Source: Eledone cirrhosa
Taxonomy: Eukaryota
DNA: 64,000 bases
NCBI GenBank assembly: GCA_964016885.1
Contig: OZ024741.1
Span: 50,840,001-50,904,000 of the forward strand
Direction of reading: 5' to 3'
The stretch's first letter is position 1; every line of letters begins with the position of its first letter. The notes below the pieces were generated by a model. The model searched no databases. It saw only the letters and a list, made by a program, of their open reading frames with translations, and was not told the DNA's origin. A program made the translations under genes and the position numbers. Below are positions 13,719 to 27,510 of the stretch, piece after piece.

Positions 13719-14370
13719 ATGGAGGGAAAGTGGGGGTGAGAAAGGAGGCTTGGAGCTGTCTAGTAGTAGTAGTAGTAGTAGTTGTAGTAGTAGAAGTAGT
13801 AGTAGTAGTAGTGGTGGTCGTAGTGGCGGTAGTAGTGGCGGTAGTAGTGGTGGTAGTAGTAGTAGTAATCGTAGTAGTAGTGGTAGTTGTGGTTGTAGTG
13901 GTGGTAGTGGTTGTGGTTATGCTATTTGCGGGGGTGGTGGTTGCGGTGGTGGTTGTGGTTGTGGTTGTGGTGGTTGTGGTGGTTGTGGTGGTTGAGGTGG
14001 TTGTGGTGGTTGAGATGGTGGTTATGTTTGTGGTGTTGGTGGTTGTGGTGGTTGTGGTGGTGATGGTGGTGGCGGTTGTTGTGATGATGGGGTGATGTTT
14101 GTGTTGGTGGTGGTGGTTGTGGTGTTGGTTGTGGAGGTGATGGTGGTGGTGGTTGTGATGGTAATGGTTGTGGTGGTTGTGGTTATAGTAGTAACAATTA
14201 TGTTGATTGTTGTCCTGGTGGTGGTAATTGTAATGGTGTTGGTGGTAGTATTACGGTGGTATTCATAATAGCTGGTAGTAAATGACTACGGCAGTAGTAT
14301 TAGTATCTGTGGTAGTGTTGTAGTGTTCATTGTCATGGTATTATGGAGGTGTTGGTTTATTGGTGGTAAT
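12950..14370. repeat. (CAC)n, (GA)n, (GTA)n and (GGT)n low-complexity block
   Basis: Read directly; source of the His/Val/Glu-Arg pseudo-ORFs. Confidence 0.95.
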
Positions 14371-14555
14371 AATTGTTTTTACTTTTGGCACAAGGCCAGC
14401 AATTACTCAATACATTACTGGTACTTTATTTTATCGACCCCGTAAGGATGAAAGGAAAAGTTAACTTCGGTGGGATTTGAACTTAGACCATAAAGGGCCG
14501 TAACTCTATGCTGCAAAGCATGGCGACTGACCCTCTATCGACACTGCCAATCCAT
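14371..14555 (-). mobile_element. SINE family A
   Basis: Reverse complement of family A core: GGTACTTTATTTTATCGACCCCGTAAGGATGAAAGG...GGGATTTGAACT. Confidence 0.9.
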
Positions 14556-14858
14556 GGTGATAGTGGTTGTGGCTTTTGTTGATGTTTAGCCACAAGTCAG
14601 CACTGCTCTAGTAGACCTAGGATAAAAAATTATTCCAACTGTGAACATCTCGTTTTTTTTTGTTTCAGGAATTATATAATCCGGACTGCATTGTCCACTG
14701 TATCCTTTTATAAGAAGACAAATGTGTATGGTTTGAGAGTAATTTGACTGGTATTTCTAGCAGGCTCACTGACTATGTAAATTCTTTCTTTGAAGATATA
14801 GAAACATGGGTGTAAAGAATATCGATAGCGATGACTATAGTGTCTGGCTGCCGCTTGG

Positions 14859-14967
<109 letters not shown>

Positions 14968-14978
14968 CTATCTACACA

Positions 14979-15131
<153 letters not shown>

Positions 15132-15142
15132 CTATCTACACA

Positions 15143-15249
<107 letters not shown>

Positions 15250-15304
15250 TATGTATAATGAAATAAATATGGTTTTATAAATATAGTTTCCATTTATTAA
15301 TATC

Positions 15305-15386
<82 letters not shown>

Positions 15387-15394
<8 letters not shown>

Positions 15395-18300
15395 TTCAAA
15401 ATATTAACAAAATAGATATTCTTGTGATCAAGTATATTTTATTATACATATTTCAGAGGTACTGAGTTAACTTCAACAGTACGTCCTCATCAGATAAAAT
15501 AAGATGATGCATGACATACCCTGACATAGTAGATGGTTAAGATTCAGTCATGGTAGTGAGTAATATATGACAAAACTCAATATTTATATACCTTAATATT
15601 GAAACATGAAAAAAACCTACATATAATACATATAATAGAGAGGGTGCGTGTGAGAAAGCTTAAAAATTATATAGCAGCAATATAACTGTTAGAGATTCAA
15701 ATAATTTAAATTACCGAAGAAAGAGGAAAGAAAAGAAAGGCATAGAGAAAGAAACAGAGGAGGGGATAATATAGTTAGTAAGAGCATAGAAAGTAAAAGA
15801 GAGTTGATTACAGAGAGAGAGATAAAGAGGAATAATTTTTATAGTGTAATATATAGGGAGATATTAATTGTATATTTCTATATAGAACAACGTTTGGGCT
15901 TAGCTTTAGGAAAAAGAAAAAAACTCAATTCATTGAATTATTGAATTATCTAAAAGTATTCATCAATCGAAATTTTAAATATAATTGGGTGTATTCATAT
16001 GAAGGTTAATAACAAGTCTTTAGATAATTATCTATATATACAATATATATCCAAACATATCTGGTTGACCGTTAACATTCAAATCATTTAATTTAAGTTA
16101 GTTCAGAGTAATGATTAATATTTTAGGTTATAAAAGTTAATAAATATCTGTATTAATATTAAAGTATACTATCATATTTAATTTATAAAATCAAATTTTA
16201 AATTTTATTTTATGAAATCAAATTTAAAGGATTTACAAACACGAGAAAGAAAACAATGTTTTTACATCCTCACGAAGGTAAACTTTACTAAATTTATTAT
16301 ATAATATTAAATTATTTATATTATATTGAAAATAGTTTACATTATATAATTTAGGAAATAATTACAGTTATAATTTTTAAAGAATTTTAAGATTAACAAT
16401 TTGAATGCCTAAAGGATCAACAGGCCTTATAATTAAACTTAAAAAAGTTTGATTATTAAATTATATATATGCGTTTATAAAAAAAATACACAAAGATTAT
16501 ATTGTCTAGAGATTAAGATGATACCTCTCAATTAGACATAACATAATACAATACAATAAATAAGTTACTGATAATATTGTTAAAAATTAATGTTTTAGAT
16601 CAATTATTATAATAGGATCATTTAATAGATATATACTATAAATATACAAGTCAAAACTTCATGAATCCTAAGGATAAGGACTAGATTCAAAATAAAAAGT
16701 GAAAAAGTAAAAATAATGAATTGTTTGCGATCATAAAAGTGCCCAATATCAAAAAAATATAGTTTAAAAATGCAAGAGAGTTTTTTTTTAAAATTTATAT
16801 AGTAGACTAACAACACTTCTAAAGTGTCCACGAAGATGATAGAAAGAGGAGCTAAGGATTTCAATGACCCGAAGGTAACCCGAATTTAATTAAAATAAAT
16901 TAAATTAAATTAAGTAATAATCGTTATATAATTTAGAACATTAAGAAAATATCTAACAATTATAACAATAGCGAGTCATTTAAGTATCCAAATTACTTAT
17001 AAATGTAACTAGGAGCATTTTATTATACTAGATAAACAGATTTGTTCAAATATATATATAGAGTATTATAGGTATTAATGAAACGATATACATATAATAA
17101 ATAAATAATTACAATCATTATTAATAATGTTATAATTGTAGTTTTACATCCAGTTCAGTGGAAAGAAAGACCAATATTTGTCGACTAGTATCATTTGTGA
17201 CATTTATACCTAAATATATATATATAAAAAAAAAAAATTAAAAAAATGTACAAATCTAACTTTCTGAATCCTAAAACATACTCAAAATGAGTAAAATATA
17301 TAAATGCATGAATGATTTACGGTTCAATTATAACCGGTAATCTTATAAGTTATATATCCAAATTATATATTTAAAACAAAAACAAATATATAAGGATCCC
17401 AATCTAAATTATATATATCTAAAATAATCCAAAGATGTGCATATTCATCAAGAGAACATGTTAACAAATAATATGTTTATATACCTAAACAGGACCCTTT
17501 AGTCTAACATTAATTCTATCATAAATGAATAGAAAATAAAACATTATTAAAGTTTTATAATCTGTTATAACGTTTTAGGTACACAGTTGATTAAAGACGT
17601 CAAAAATTAAAACCTATTTATTTAGTGTTTTTTCCTGACTTTTTGCGAGGCTTGGAATGTAGACAAAGCTTTATGAAGGCAGTTTGAGAATAATTCACTT
17701 TTTTTGTTAATTAAGTTTTCATAATTAGTAATTATTAATAGGGTCTCCATGGTACAGAGGTTGCAGTTAGGTGATATTGACGAATTCGAGTAAATTCTAC
17801 TATTACATAGCTTCGTCCAAAAAATCGATTATTTTAAATTTTCGTCTTTTAATGACCATATAAGTTGTGATAAAGAAGTCGAAGACATCCTATTAGGATT
17901 CGAAAACGAGCATTTATGATTCCCAAATCTCGATTTAAATGTCGAAGAAGTTGCCCCTATATAGTTGTATGTGATGTTATTTGCTTTTACGGTACACCAA
18001 ATTTCTATCCAGACAATTATTTTGCAGAGGGCAATCTGGTTTATTTCTACAATTACATTTCGATCTATTATTATTATAATTTATATTATTACTTCGAAAT
18101 GTTCTATTGATAGTGTTTATATTGCTGTTAATGTTATTCATAGTATCAATATTGTTAGTGTTATTATATTCATTATTGTTAAATGTATGCTGATTATGGT
18201 TTAGAATTCTACTATTTAATTTAGCGATGTTTTGGGCCATATTCATAGTTGTAGAATAAGAAAGCTTAATTGTGTGTCTATTAAATATGGAACGGTATTT

Positions 18301-18908
18301 ATGTTGAATAGGGAAGGAATTATCTAAAGCTTTAAAGAATAGATTAGCGAGTGGTGTTTTTATTGCTACAGAAGCGGGGGGGGGGGCACATTATAACTGA
18401 TTTAGTTCTGGTTTATTTCCCCGATTTATTTACAGTACTGGTGTTTGAATTATAATTTTTAGAATTTCGTTTATACATGTCAGTCATATTATTATTTTTA
18501 TCAGGATTATAATTCAAATTATTATTGTCTATATATTCTATATTATTTTTATAACCTGCCTTTCTTAGCGCGTCATTGTAATATCCTGCTTTTTCATCAA
18601 ATATGGATTTATCAGATATTCTAGTTATGCGTTTCTGTACACTATTGACAATTGCATTTTTCACAGATTTAGGGTGATTAGAGTAATAGCTAACGTAATT
18701 TAAGTTTTCATTGGGCTTATGGAAAGGGTAATAAAAACCAGAGTTTAAGTTAAGGGTAACATGAAGGAAATTAACTATTTTGGTACCACTTTCAACATCT
18801 AATTTAAGGTCGTAATTTTTAAAGAATTCAATTATAGTTTTCTTAACCCTATTTAGTTCTGTATTGCTGTGTTTGACAACCGTAAATAAAATATCGTCCC
18901 TATATAAA

Positions 18909-18910
<2 letters not shown>
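15387..18910 (-). mobile_element. 5'-truncated PLE: RT C-terminus, GIY-YIG, about 2.2-kb AT-rich 3' region and pLTR
   Basis: GLYRDD, VNFLHVTLNL, SNHP (18413-18910); CNCRNKPDCPLQNNCL (17977-18246); hammerhead near 15435; (TA)n on both sides. Confidence 0.9.
15435..15501 (-). ncRNA. Candidate minimal hammerhead ribozyme
   Basis: Perfect 8-bp helix I TATTTTAT/ATAAAATA, CTGATGA, hairpin GTACTG..CAGTAC, GAAA-TATGTA-TA. Confidence 0.8.
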
Positions 18911-19002
<92 letters not shown>

Positions 19003-19042
19003 AAGAACACAAGAGCGTCTACAACATCAAAAGATTTTTATT

Positions 19043-19089
19043 GGCTTACAATGTTTCTTCCTTACGTAACCGTAGGATTCGTCAGAGCT
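19043..19089 (-). ncRNA. Candidate minimal hammerhead ribozyme
   Basis: GCT-CTGACGA-ATCCTACGGTTACGTAAGGAA-GAAA-CATTG-TA-AGC. Confidence 0.65.
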
Positions 19090-20293
19090 ATAAAAGGGGT
19101 TTGATTGGTGTTATGGACTCTACCAACCAAACATTCAAGAACAAAGAGTAAAGAGAGTAAAGAGCAAAAGTAGGGGACGATAAGTCTAATTTTGGTGCGG
19201 GAGGGTGGGGTGTGGGTCCTTGTTTACTAGCTGCGGTCATATTCATTCCCGGGAGTCGGGTGGTTAGCTGAACCATAGATGGGGTGGCGTCGATAGTATG
19301 GTGCAGAGGGTGCGCAGAGGCTACACAAACACAAAGGGCATACAATATATATATATATATAGCGGAGGAGGAAGTACATGAGATAATTAGAAATGGAAAA
19401 AGAGTAATAATAATAATCTATAATTAATAGTGTATAATAAGGCATGGGGAAGATTACACTATAATAAGGTATAAAAGTAAGAATAAGGTAAAATATAAAG
19501 GAGGATAAAAGTGGAAATAATAAAGATAAAAAAATAAAGATAAAAAATATATAGAGAATATATAAAGAAATATAAGCGAATATTTGGAGGGGAAAACACA
19601 ATGTAAAAAAACCGATTTTTTCAAATAATAATAAAAATATAATAATTATGGGGGGAGAAAACGGGATAGAGAAATATGATCAAGTGTGATTAGTTGAGAG
19701 AATATAAGATGATAATAGTTATGTCAAGTTTATACATCTTAATAATAAATAATCTGTGTATCAGAGTTGCAGAACCTTCAATTCACTTACGGGTTCAAGC
19801 CACGTGGCATGGTCCATTGTTTATTTGTGCGGTCATGTGCGTTTGTTTTTGACACCACAGCAGATGCACAAGTTCGTAAATTCCAATGCAGATAGAACTC
19901 TATTTTTGCTCACCCGGACATTGACGGAGGATCCAATATTCCTAGTTCAATATGTGTTTGGTGTTATTTTGGTCGCACAAATCAATCACTTGGTTCAATA
20001 TTATGGAGTATGGTTTTCTGGTCTTCGTAACAGTGTCAGTGGTTGTATATCTGGAAATCACAAGGATCATAGTACTCCGGTTTGGTGTGATTATCGGTCA
20101 TCCAGCTATGTTGTTGGTGGTTGGATTCAATTCTATTCGCCCGAACGTTGAACTTTGGTGTCGATAGGACATTAACGAGGCAGGGTGAGATCGCATCTGT
20201 GGTACAAAACGGTACGCAAGGAAATTCTTCGTCTTCGTTTCATCCGGGTCCAGCAGTCACGTGCAAGAACCGCTACGTAGTAATTGTGGGGTT

Positions 20294-20610
20294 AATCGGT
20301 CAAGTCAGCAACTGACCGAAAATTCAGGCAGGCATGACAGGCACGTTTAGGTCGGCAGCTTCTTTATGTGTACGTGTGTCCGACACACACAGACACATAT
20401 TTATATGTATTTCAACTCAAAAGACTCAAATGATTCACCCACTGGTACTACAATCGGTCAAGACAGCAACTGGCCGACAATTTCCTTAGGAATTCAGACA
20501 GACATGACAGGTATAATTAGGTCAACAGCTTCTTTATGTGTACGTGTGTCCGATACACACAGACACATATCTATATGTATTTCAACTCAAAAAATTCAGT
20601 TGATTCCCCT
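20294..20610. repeat. Two direct copies of an about 160-170-bp unit
   Basis: AATCGGTCAAG.CAGCAACTG...CAGCTTCTTTATGTGTACGTGTGTCCGA.ACACACAGACACATAT.TATATGTATTTCAACTCAAAA repeated. Confidence 0.9.
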
Positions 20611-21339
20611 ATTGATATTATATCTGTGTTGCTCGGATATGCATGCTGTGGTGTTCTGGTCGTGCATAGCATTCACTGTGTTTTGCCATTACCTTGGAAT
20701 GTGATGTTATGGTCATCAATAGGCTGGCAAGCGCATTTCGCTCTTATATTGCGGAGAATGGTGTTCTGGTCCTCAGTAAACATTTGGGTCATCAGGAGGG
20801 GTGGTGGTTCTCAGTTTCAACTTCGACAATACATATGTGTTACTCTGCATATTGTGCTCCTCTCAGAGAAGAGTATTATAGGAGGAATTCGTGCCACACA
20901 CCACATATTGAGAGAATTTCTACAGAAAAGTATACATACATATACACATACATACACACATCATACACTTACACATACACACTTATACGCATACATACAT
21001 ATATTCACATACATGTCACATATACACATACACACAATATAATACGCATGCATACAATATACATATATATATATATACATACAATATACATGCATACAAT
21101 GCACGCACACATGCGTGCATGCATGCACACACACACGCACACCCACACATATGTCTGCGTGTGTGTGCGTGTGAGAGATAAAAGGAGAATACACACACAC
21201 ACACACACGCAAAAACACCAACCTTGTAGGGGACTGTACCACCCTTAGGGTATCTATCTATCTGGGTTACGGGTTGGGGGGAAAGGGGGGGAGCTATAGT
21301 CTAGGTGGGGGTTGCGTGATATATGTTACGTCTATGTGC

Positions 21340-22249
21340 TAGGTTTAAAATAGAAGAAGGAACTCAGGATTTTGTGTTGGCAAGAGGAGAAAATTTCCGA
21401 TTTCCTGTTAAGCAGGTTCAGTTTAGAGTGTATTATGGCATGGCATTCCAGTAAACACAGGTCACAACTTCCGCTCTGCGGTCAGTATGGCGTGGATCTA
21501 GTAAGCTTCCTCCAAAAAAGTTTGTATGGGGTACTATTATTCTTTAAGAAGGAGATGTATCCCGCCAGTGAGGTGGCATTCTTATGTCTGTCGTGTCTAA
21601 ATGTGTACATATGCGCGTTAAATCTAGTTTTAAATGTACTGGACGTTGCTCCTATATATGTTTTGGTAGAGTTGTGTGTGGTTACGTCACATGCATATAC
21701 TATGTTTTTCATGAGGCAATCCCCCCTTAGGGGACAGTTATTACTCCGCCTACAATTGCAACTGCGGGTTCGATTAGTTAGCTTACCTCCCGAAGTTTGG
21801 TTACTAGCATTATCACTAGGTGCCTCTATATCATTAGATGGCTCATTGATGCTATTATGTTGCCCATTTTCCAGTGTAGTCGGTTGCTGGTGGTTAACTG
21901 CCATTTTAATTGCTTCGAAGCCTTCCTTAGTTTTCCTAATGTTCGTGCGTGCTAGGTGTGATGCGAGGTTAGGTGTGGTCGAATAGGATAATTTAATTAC
22001 GTTTTTGTTAATTATGTTGCGATATCTATTGCCTGGTGGGAAGTTTTTTTCCAATAATGAGAAGAATACTCTGGGGAGGTTAGTGAGGACCTCAGAGTTA
22101 AAAGGTGGGTTAAAATACATGTTTTTCCTTCTTCTATTTTTCTTATCTGTGGGGTGAGTCTCGCTACTGTGCGTACTATTTTGTAGGGTTCCGTTATTAA
22201 CGTTAGTGGCGTTGTCTGTTTTGCTTAAGCCCGGATGGTTTATATTCAT
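21340..22249 (-). pseudogene. PLE linker + GIY-YIG endonuclease, disrupted
   Basis: YFNPPF, IKLSYSTTPN, CNCRRSNNCPLRGDCL, IVY...YIGATSSTFKTRFNAH, TSLAGYI. Confidence 0.9.
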
Positions 22250-22260
22250 GGCGTGATCAT

Positions 22261-23376
22261 TTACTGTTTTAGAGTTGTGGTGGGGACTCTAGTATTGTTT
22301 TTACGTGGTTTACATTTAGCTAGGTTACCGCCATTAGGGTTCTTACTATTATTCTTGCCTCTAAGTTGGTTAGGCTTTGTGGCCATACTATGTGTGATTA
22401 TGTTGGTAGGTTTCACACTCATGGTTTGAGAGTCCTTATGTATATATGATAATCTACTCCCGTAACCAGATTCTGCTAGGGCCTTGTCATAATACTCTGC
22501 ATTGGAGTTGAAGATACTCTCATTACAGGACACTCTGCTAATTCTATTAGAGACCCCCTTGGGAATAGCCTTTAGGACTGATTTGGGGTGGTTAGAGCTG
22601 GCCTTTACATATGTTAGTCTATCGTTAGGTCTATGGTAGGGTGCAAATGTTTTACTTTCTAGGTCAAGGGTGGCGTCTAGGAAGTTTACTGTTTTATCAT
22701 TTGCATCTATGGTAATACTTAGATTAAAGTTTTTAAAGAACCTACGTAATTGTTTCCTAGTTCTTTCTATATTGCACTTTTTATACTCGAGCGTGAGGAG
22801 GGCGTCATCACGGTATAAGCCGCCCTTCAAGTGTGGTAATGTCTCATGTAACTCCTTTAAGAGGTACAATCCTACCAGGTCCGTTACTTGCGCAGAGTCA
22901 CTAGATCCCATTGTGATGTCGAAGTTACTGGGCGTATTCTTGCGGGTCCACAATTCATCCTCAAATGTGATTATCGTTTTCCGGGCCGCAAGAATGACAT
23001 CAATTTGAGACCTAGTGAGGTCACTTTTCTGCATGGCCATGATTAGGGCCTTATTAAGGAGTATGGGGGAGATTGAGGTGTAGTACGCATCGATGTCGAA
23101 TTGTATAAATTTAAGGGATTTATGGTTGCTAAGGCTTGAGAACCATTTCAAAACCTCTTCCGTATTCTCCCATAGCTCTAGATATATTTTCCTCCTGATG
23201 GTGGGTATAAGGCCGTCTAAAATTTTCTTACTGATAATTCCTATATCTGACTTCGATGGGCTAATTAATATAACAGAGGGTTTACTAATGAAGTCAGCCT
23301 TATAGTCTTTAAGGGTGAACCTGGGTTGCCTAGGAGTATATGGTTGGGTATACTTTTCCAGACCTAGTTTATCCAC
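22261..23376 (-). pseudogene. PLE reverse transcriptase (371-aa open stretch)
   Basis: FIQFDIDAYYTSI, FDITMGSSDSAQVTDLVG, GGLYRDDAL, VNFLDATLDL, SNHP. Confidence 0.92.
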
Positions 23377-23506
23377 TATGGCACATGCTTCCTTATTAAT
23401 TTCATCTAAGTTTGCGCTTGTTGTCTTTTTATAGTTTCTATTTAATTCATTGTATATAAACCTACGATACGTATCATAATTTTATATTCCGATACTTTCC
23501 GATATT

Positions 23507-23596
23507 TTATCGTCCGATCACCGAAGTTAAGCAACGTCAAACCTAGTTAGTACTTGGATGGTAACCGCTTGGGAAACCTAAGTACTGTAAGCATTT
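23507..23596 (+). pseudogene. 5'-truncated 5S rRNA-derived sequence (possible SINE head)
   Basis: CGTCCGATCACCGAAGTTAAGCAACGTC...GTTAGTACTTGGATGGTAACCGCTTGGGAA...TACTGTAAGC matches the 3' three-quarters of animal 5S rRNA, including the internal promoter boxes. Confidence 0.85.
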
Positions 23597-23959
23597 CTCA
23601 TGGGAAGTGCCAAGCATGGCCTCAGCCGGTTGGCTGGAACAGGTAAAAGAGTATATATATATATATATATATCATCTCAATTCTACTTTTGAAAAACATA
23701 AGAATTGCGAAACCGGTAAAGGAATCAAATAAATATTCTTAAAAAGACTCCAGTTGCATTTTCGATTTCCTCTTTTTTCCCTATCTATCTCTCTCTCTAT
23801 ATATATATATGGATTGAGGAAGGCGAGGCTGTGTGGTTACTGATAACGAGTGTTAGAAAGTAAGGCGACACAAACAAGAGATGCACAGTTTCCCTTCGTC
23901 AGCTGTTTACTACGGATCATGGATGTTTCGGCTCATTATGAATATATATATATATATGA

Positions 23960-24170
23960 ACAGATTCAGGACCTCGACGGCTGAGCTCCGGCCGTTTCGA
24001 CAGCTAGATCCGAACAGTTCGGATCTAGCTGTCGAAACGGCCGGAGCTCGGCCGGAGCTCAGCCGTAGCATTCTGAAATCTTTTCATATTACCCACTTTA
24101 CTACCCCAAGTATCGAGTACTCTGGTGCGTTATGGTCTACCTGGTATGTTACCACACCCTCCATGTTATA
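23960..24170. repeat. Dispersed repeat family X (GACGGCTGAGCTC..GCCGTTTCGAC); also at 12150-12240, 37480-37672, 61343-61478
   Basis: Four related copies, all next to (TA)n-type repeats, two with internal fold-back. Confidence 0.8.
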
Positions 24171-24193
24171 TATACATATACACACATACTTAC

Positions 24194-24228
<35 letters not shown>

Positions 24229-25124
24229 CATTTGACCACTTTCTCTCTGACTATTTCACTAACACCAATTCGCAAAACATATCATCTCTCTTGGACACCG
24301 GAATACACATGAATATGCAGATACACACACATGCTTACACACAGACATACTCATACATACACACACTTACCCTTAAACACATACCCCAAAAATAATTTCA
24401 CTACAGACAATACAGAAAGTCATAAACACACACGTGGGAACACGCATATACACACTCATCCGATACACTTCCCACACGCACAAACGTATGCACTCACATA
24501 CATAGAAATAATAGAAAAAATCATCACACACACACACAAGCACACATACACCCATGTAGACACATAGGCACAAAAACAGACATGCATACACACCTGTGTG
24601 CACACACCAACAATATAAGTCCCAGAAACACGCGCATGTACACACACACAGACAGAAGTAATAATGCACACCTAGCAATTCCATCGGCCCACACACAACT
24701 ACCCCCATAACACAACTGGACCCCACTTCGGTACCCACTTCCGAAGACCAGGCCACTCGTCTACCATACTTTCGTGTACCTACATCTCCCTATCCGAACT
24801 TTTCATTTACTAACGAAAGACTTCCGTCAAAAACGTAGATTCCTCCTCAAATTTCTTCTACGCGTGATCTGAAAAAGACTTTGTATTTTTGCATCCCTAT
24901 GTTTGTTTTGTTTTATTTGTTCAATTATATATATATATATAACAATACTAATACCTAATTTTTGCTGGACCGGCAATCGCTCTGTATAATCAGCTCCTGA
25001 TTGTTACTGGAATTCTATAAGAATCCAGCTTCTAGAATTCTCGGTAAAGGCAACTGAGTACGTGGTCTTCATAAACGCTCACAGGAAACAGACTGTTTTT
25101 CGATCAGTCTCAGTTGTTATTTGC

Positions 25125-25181
<57 letters not shown>

Positions 25182-25186
<5 letters not shown>

Positions 25187-25695
25187 TAAAATAACAGATT
25201 AAAGTTTAAGCAAAGAATCGCTGCTTTCACCCTTAACGGGATCTTCTGAAACTAACAAAGTCAATCTGTAAACGCAGAACTGGATATTTCAAAAAACGTT
25301 GCAACCGGAGGAATACAGGAAGACGATACTTTTGTTCGTGGAAACGTTCGCTGGCTAAGAACGGGAAAAAACGAATATAATACGTCATTAATAGGAGCGG
25401 TGAAAAACAATTACGCGCAAAGACAGAACCACGTTTATGGTATAATAGAGGTCGTAGACTAATGTTCTCTTAGGTGGTGCATAGAGACGTTCTCTGGCGA
25501 TGAACGAAAAAAAAACGAAGATAATACGTCATATGTGGAGCGTGGAGAACAATAGCACGCAAAGACAAAACCACGTCTATTGTTCTCCACGCTCCACATA
25601 TGACGTATTATCTTCGTTTTTTTCGTTCATCGCCAGAGAACGTCTCTATGCACCACCTAAGAGAACATTAGTCTACGACCTCTATTATACCATAA
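25182..25695. repeat. pLTR-like repeat with internal direct and inverted duplication; related copy at 26645-26890
   Basis: TTTATTAAAATAACAGATTAAAGTTTAAGC... shared with 26645; 25582-25695 is the reverse complement of about 25435-25547. Confidence 0.75.
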
Positions 25696-25768
25696 ATTTG
25701 GCTCTGGTACTTACATAGAGCACTCTTCACTTCTATGACATTTTCTGTTTTCAACGGAAATTTCAATA

Positions 25769-25939
<171 letters not shown>

Positions 25940-26235
25940 AGGGAGTGTAACTTGGAGTTAATGTAGGTTCACTTCAGTGTCGAGGTGTAGAGCTAGACAG
26001 AGTGTATTATAGTGAAATAAGATAACAAGGACGATTGGTTACTCCTTCATTATGTTTATTGGTTAGTGACGCGCGTCGCGAGACTGATCAGCTCAAGGCT
26101 CGATCTATATCGATCTGGATTACAGAATCGGGTCAGATCGATATAGATCGAACCTTGAGCTGATCAGTGGCGAAACGCGCGTCACTAACCAATAAACATA
26201 ATGAAGGAGTAACCAATCGTCCTTGTTATCTTATT

Positions 26236-26492
<257 letters not shown>

Positions 26493-26494
26493 AC

Positions 26495-26532
<38 letters not shown>

Positions 26533-26538
26533 GTAGTA

Positions 26539-26571
<33 letters not shown>

Positions 26572-26884
26572 GTGAAGACTAAAATCCAAAGAGGGCTCGA
26601 TAAGGATAAATATATATCAAATATATAAGAACCCTAGAGCAAATATTTATTAAAATAACAGATTAAAGTTTAAGCAAAGAATCGCTGCTTTCACCCTTAA
26701 CGGGATCTTCTGAAACTAAAAAAAATCAATCTGTGAACGCAGAAGTAAATATTACGAAAAACGTTGCAAACGAAGGAAAACAGGAAGACGATACTTTCGT
26801 TCGTGAAGACGTTCCCTGGCAATGAACGAAAAAAAGCGGAGATAATACGTCGTTATGTGGATCGATGAGAACAAATACACGCAA

Positions 26885-27510
26885 AGACAAAACTATTATA
26901 TGGTATAACCCACCATATAATATGGAGGTGGCCACACCATTAACTAAGATCTTTCTCTCCCTTATTAAGAAGCATTTCCCGTCAGCACATTAATATAATA
27001 GCATTTTTAATAGAAATACGATTAAAATATCTTACTCCACGACTCCTAACTTTGAACATAACATCACTGCTTCAAATTTAGCTAAATTATCTAGCCGTAG
27101 TAACACGTACAACCCCGTAGCTAGTACTAACTGTAATTGTAGGATTCGGGTTGACTGCCCTTTATCTGGGAAATATATATATATATTTATTATATATTTA
27201 TAATATATATTTATTATATATAATATATATTTATTATATATTTATATATATATATTTATTATATGTTTATTATAAACATACAGAATATTTTCGAATATTC
27301 TATGTTTGTCTTCACATATATATCGCTATTTCAGAGCATTAAATCCAAATTCTAATTTCTGCCGGACCGGCTACCGCTCTATCAAACCAGTTCCTGTACA
27401 CAGCTAAGTATTCTATAAGTCTCTAGCTGTGTCGTTCTCGATAAAAGTATTGGATATGTAATCCTGATGATTTCTAACAAGAATGAAACGCGTAGATTAC
27501 TTCCCTTACT
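26885..27510 (+). mobile_element. Internally deleted PLE fragment with pLTR
   Basis: Plus strand reads IIWYNPPYNMEVATPLTKIFLSLIKKHFP...IFNRNTIKISYSTTPN...CNCR; hammerhead downstream. Confidence 0.8.
27458..27500 (+). ncRNA. Minimal type I hammerhead ribozyme (cleanest example)
   Basis: GTAATC-CTGATGA-TTTCTAACAAGAAT-GAAA-CGCG-TA-GATTAC: 6-bp helix I, TTCT/AGAA helix II, palindromic CGCG helix III, GUA cleavage triplet. Confidence 0.85.

Larger units (their letters stand above)
18999..23480 (-). mobile_element. Most complete PLE in the window (RT + GIY-YIG, frameshifted) with long 3' region
   Basis: RT ORF 22261-23376, endonuclease ORF 21482-22249, hammerhead at 19043; inclusion of 19100-21300 is inferred from position. 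Confidence 0.85.

Noticed and set aside
19756-20300. Endogenous CRESS-virus capsid or selenoprotein (MKRRRR stretch, several in-frame TGA on the minus strand)
   Set aside because: The Arg-rich stretch is in a different frame, TAA stops also occur, and no Rep gene or SECIS was seen
20694-20921. Minus-strand exon with acceptor CTGTAG and donor AG|GTAATG
   Set aside because: All three frames contain stops
23507-23596. Functional 5S rRNA gene
   Set aside because: Missing the 5' quarter, has substitutions and an indel, no strong terminator, not in an array
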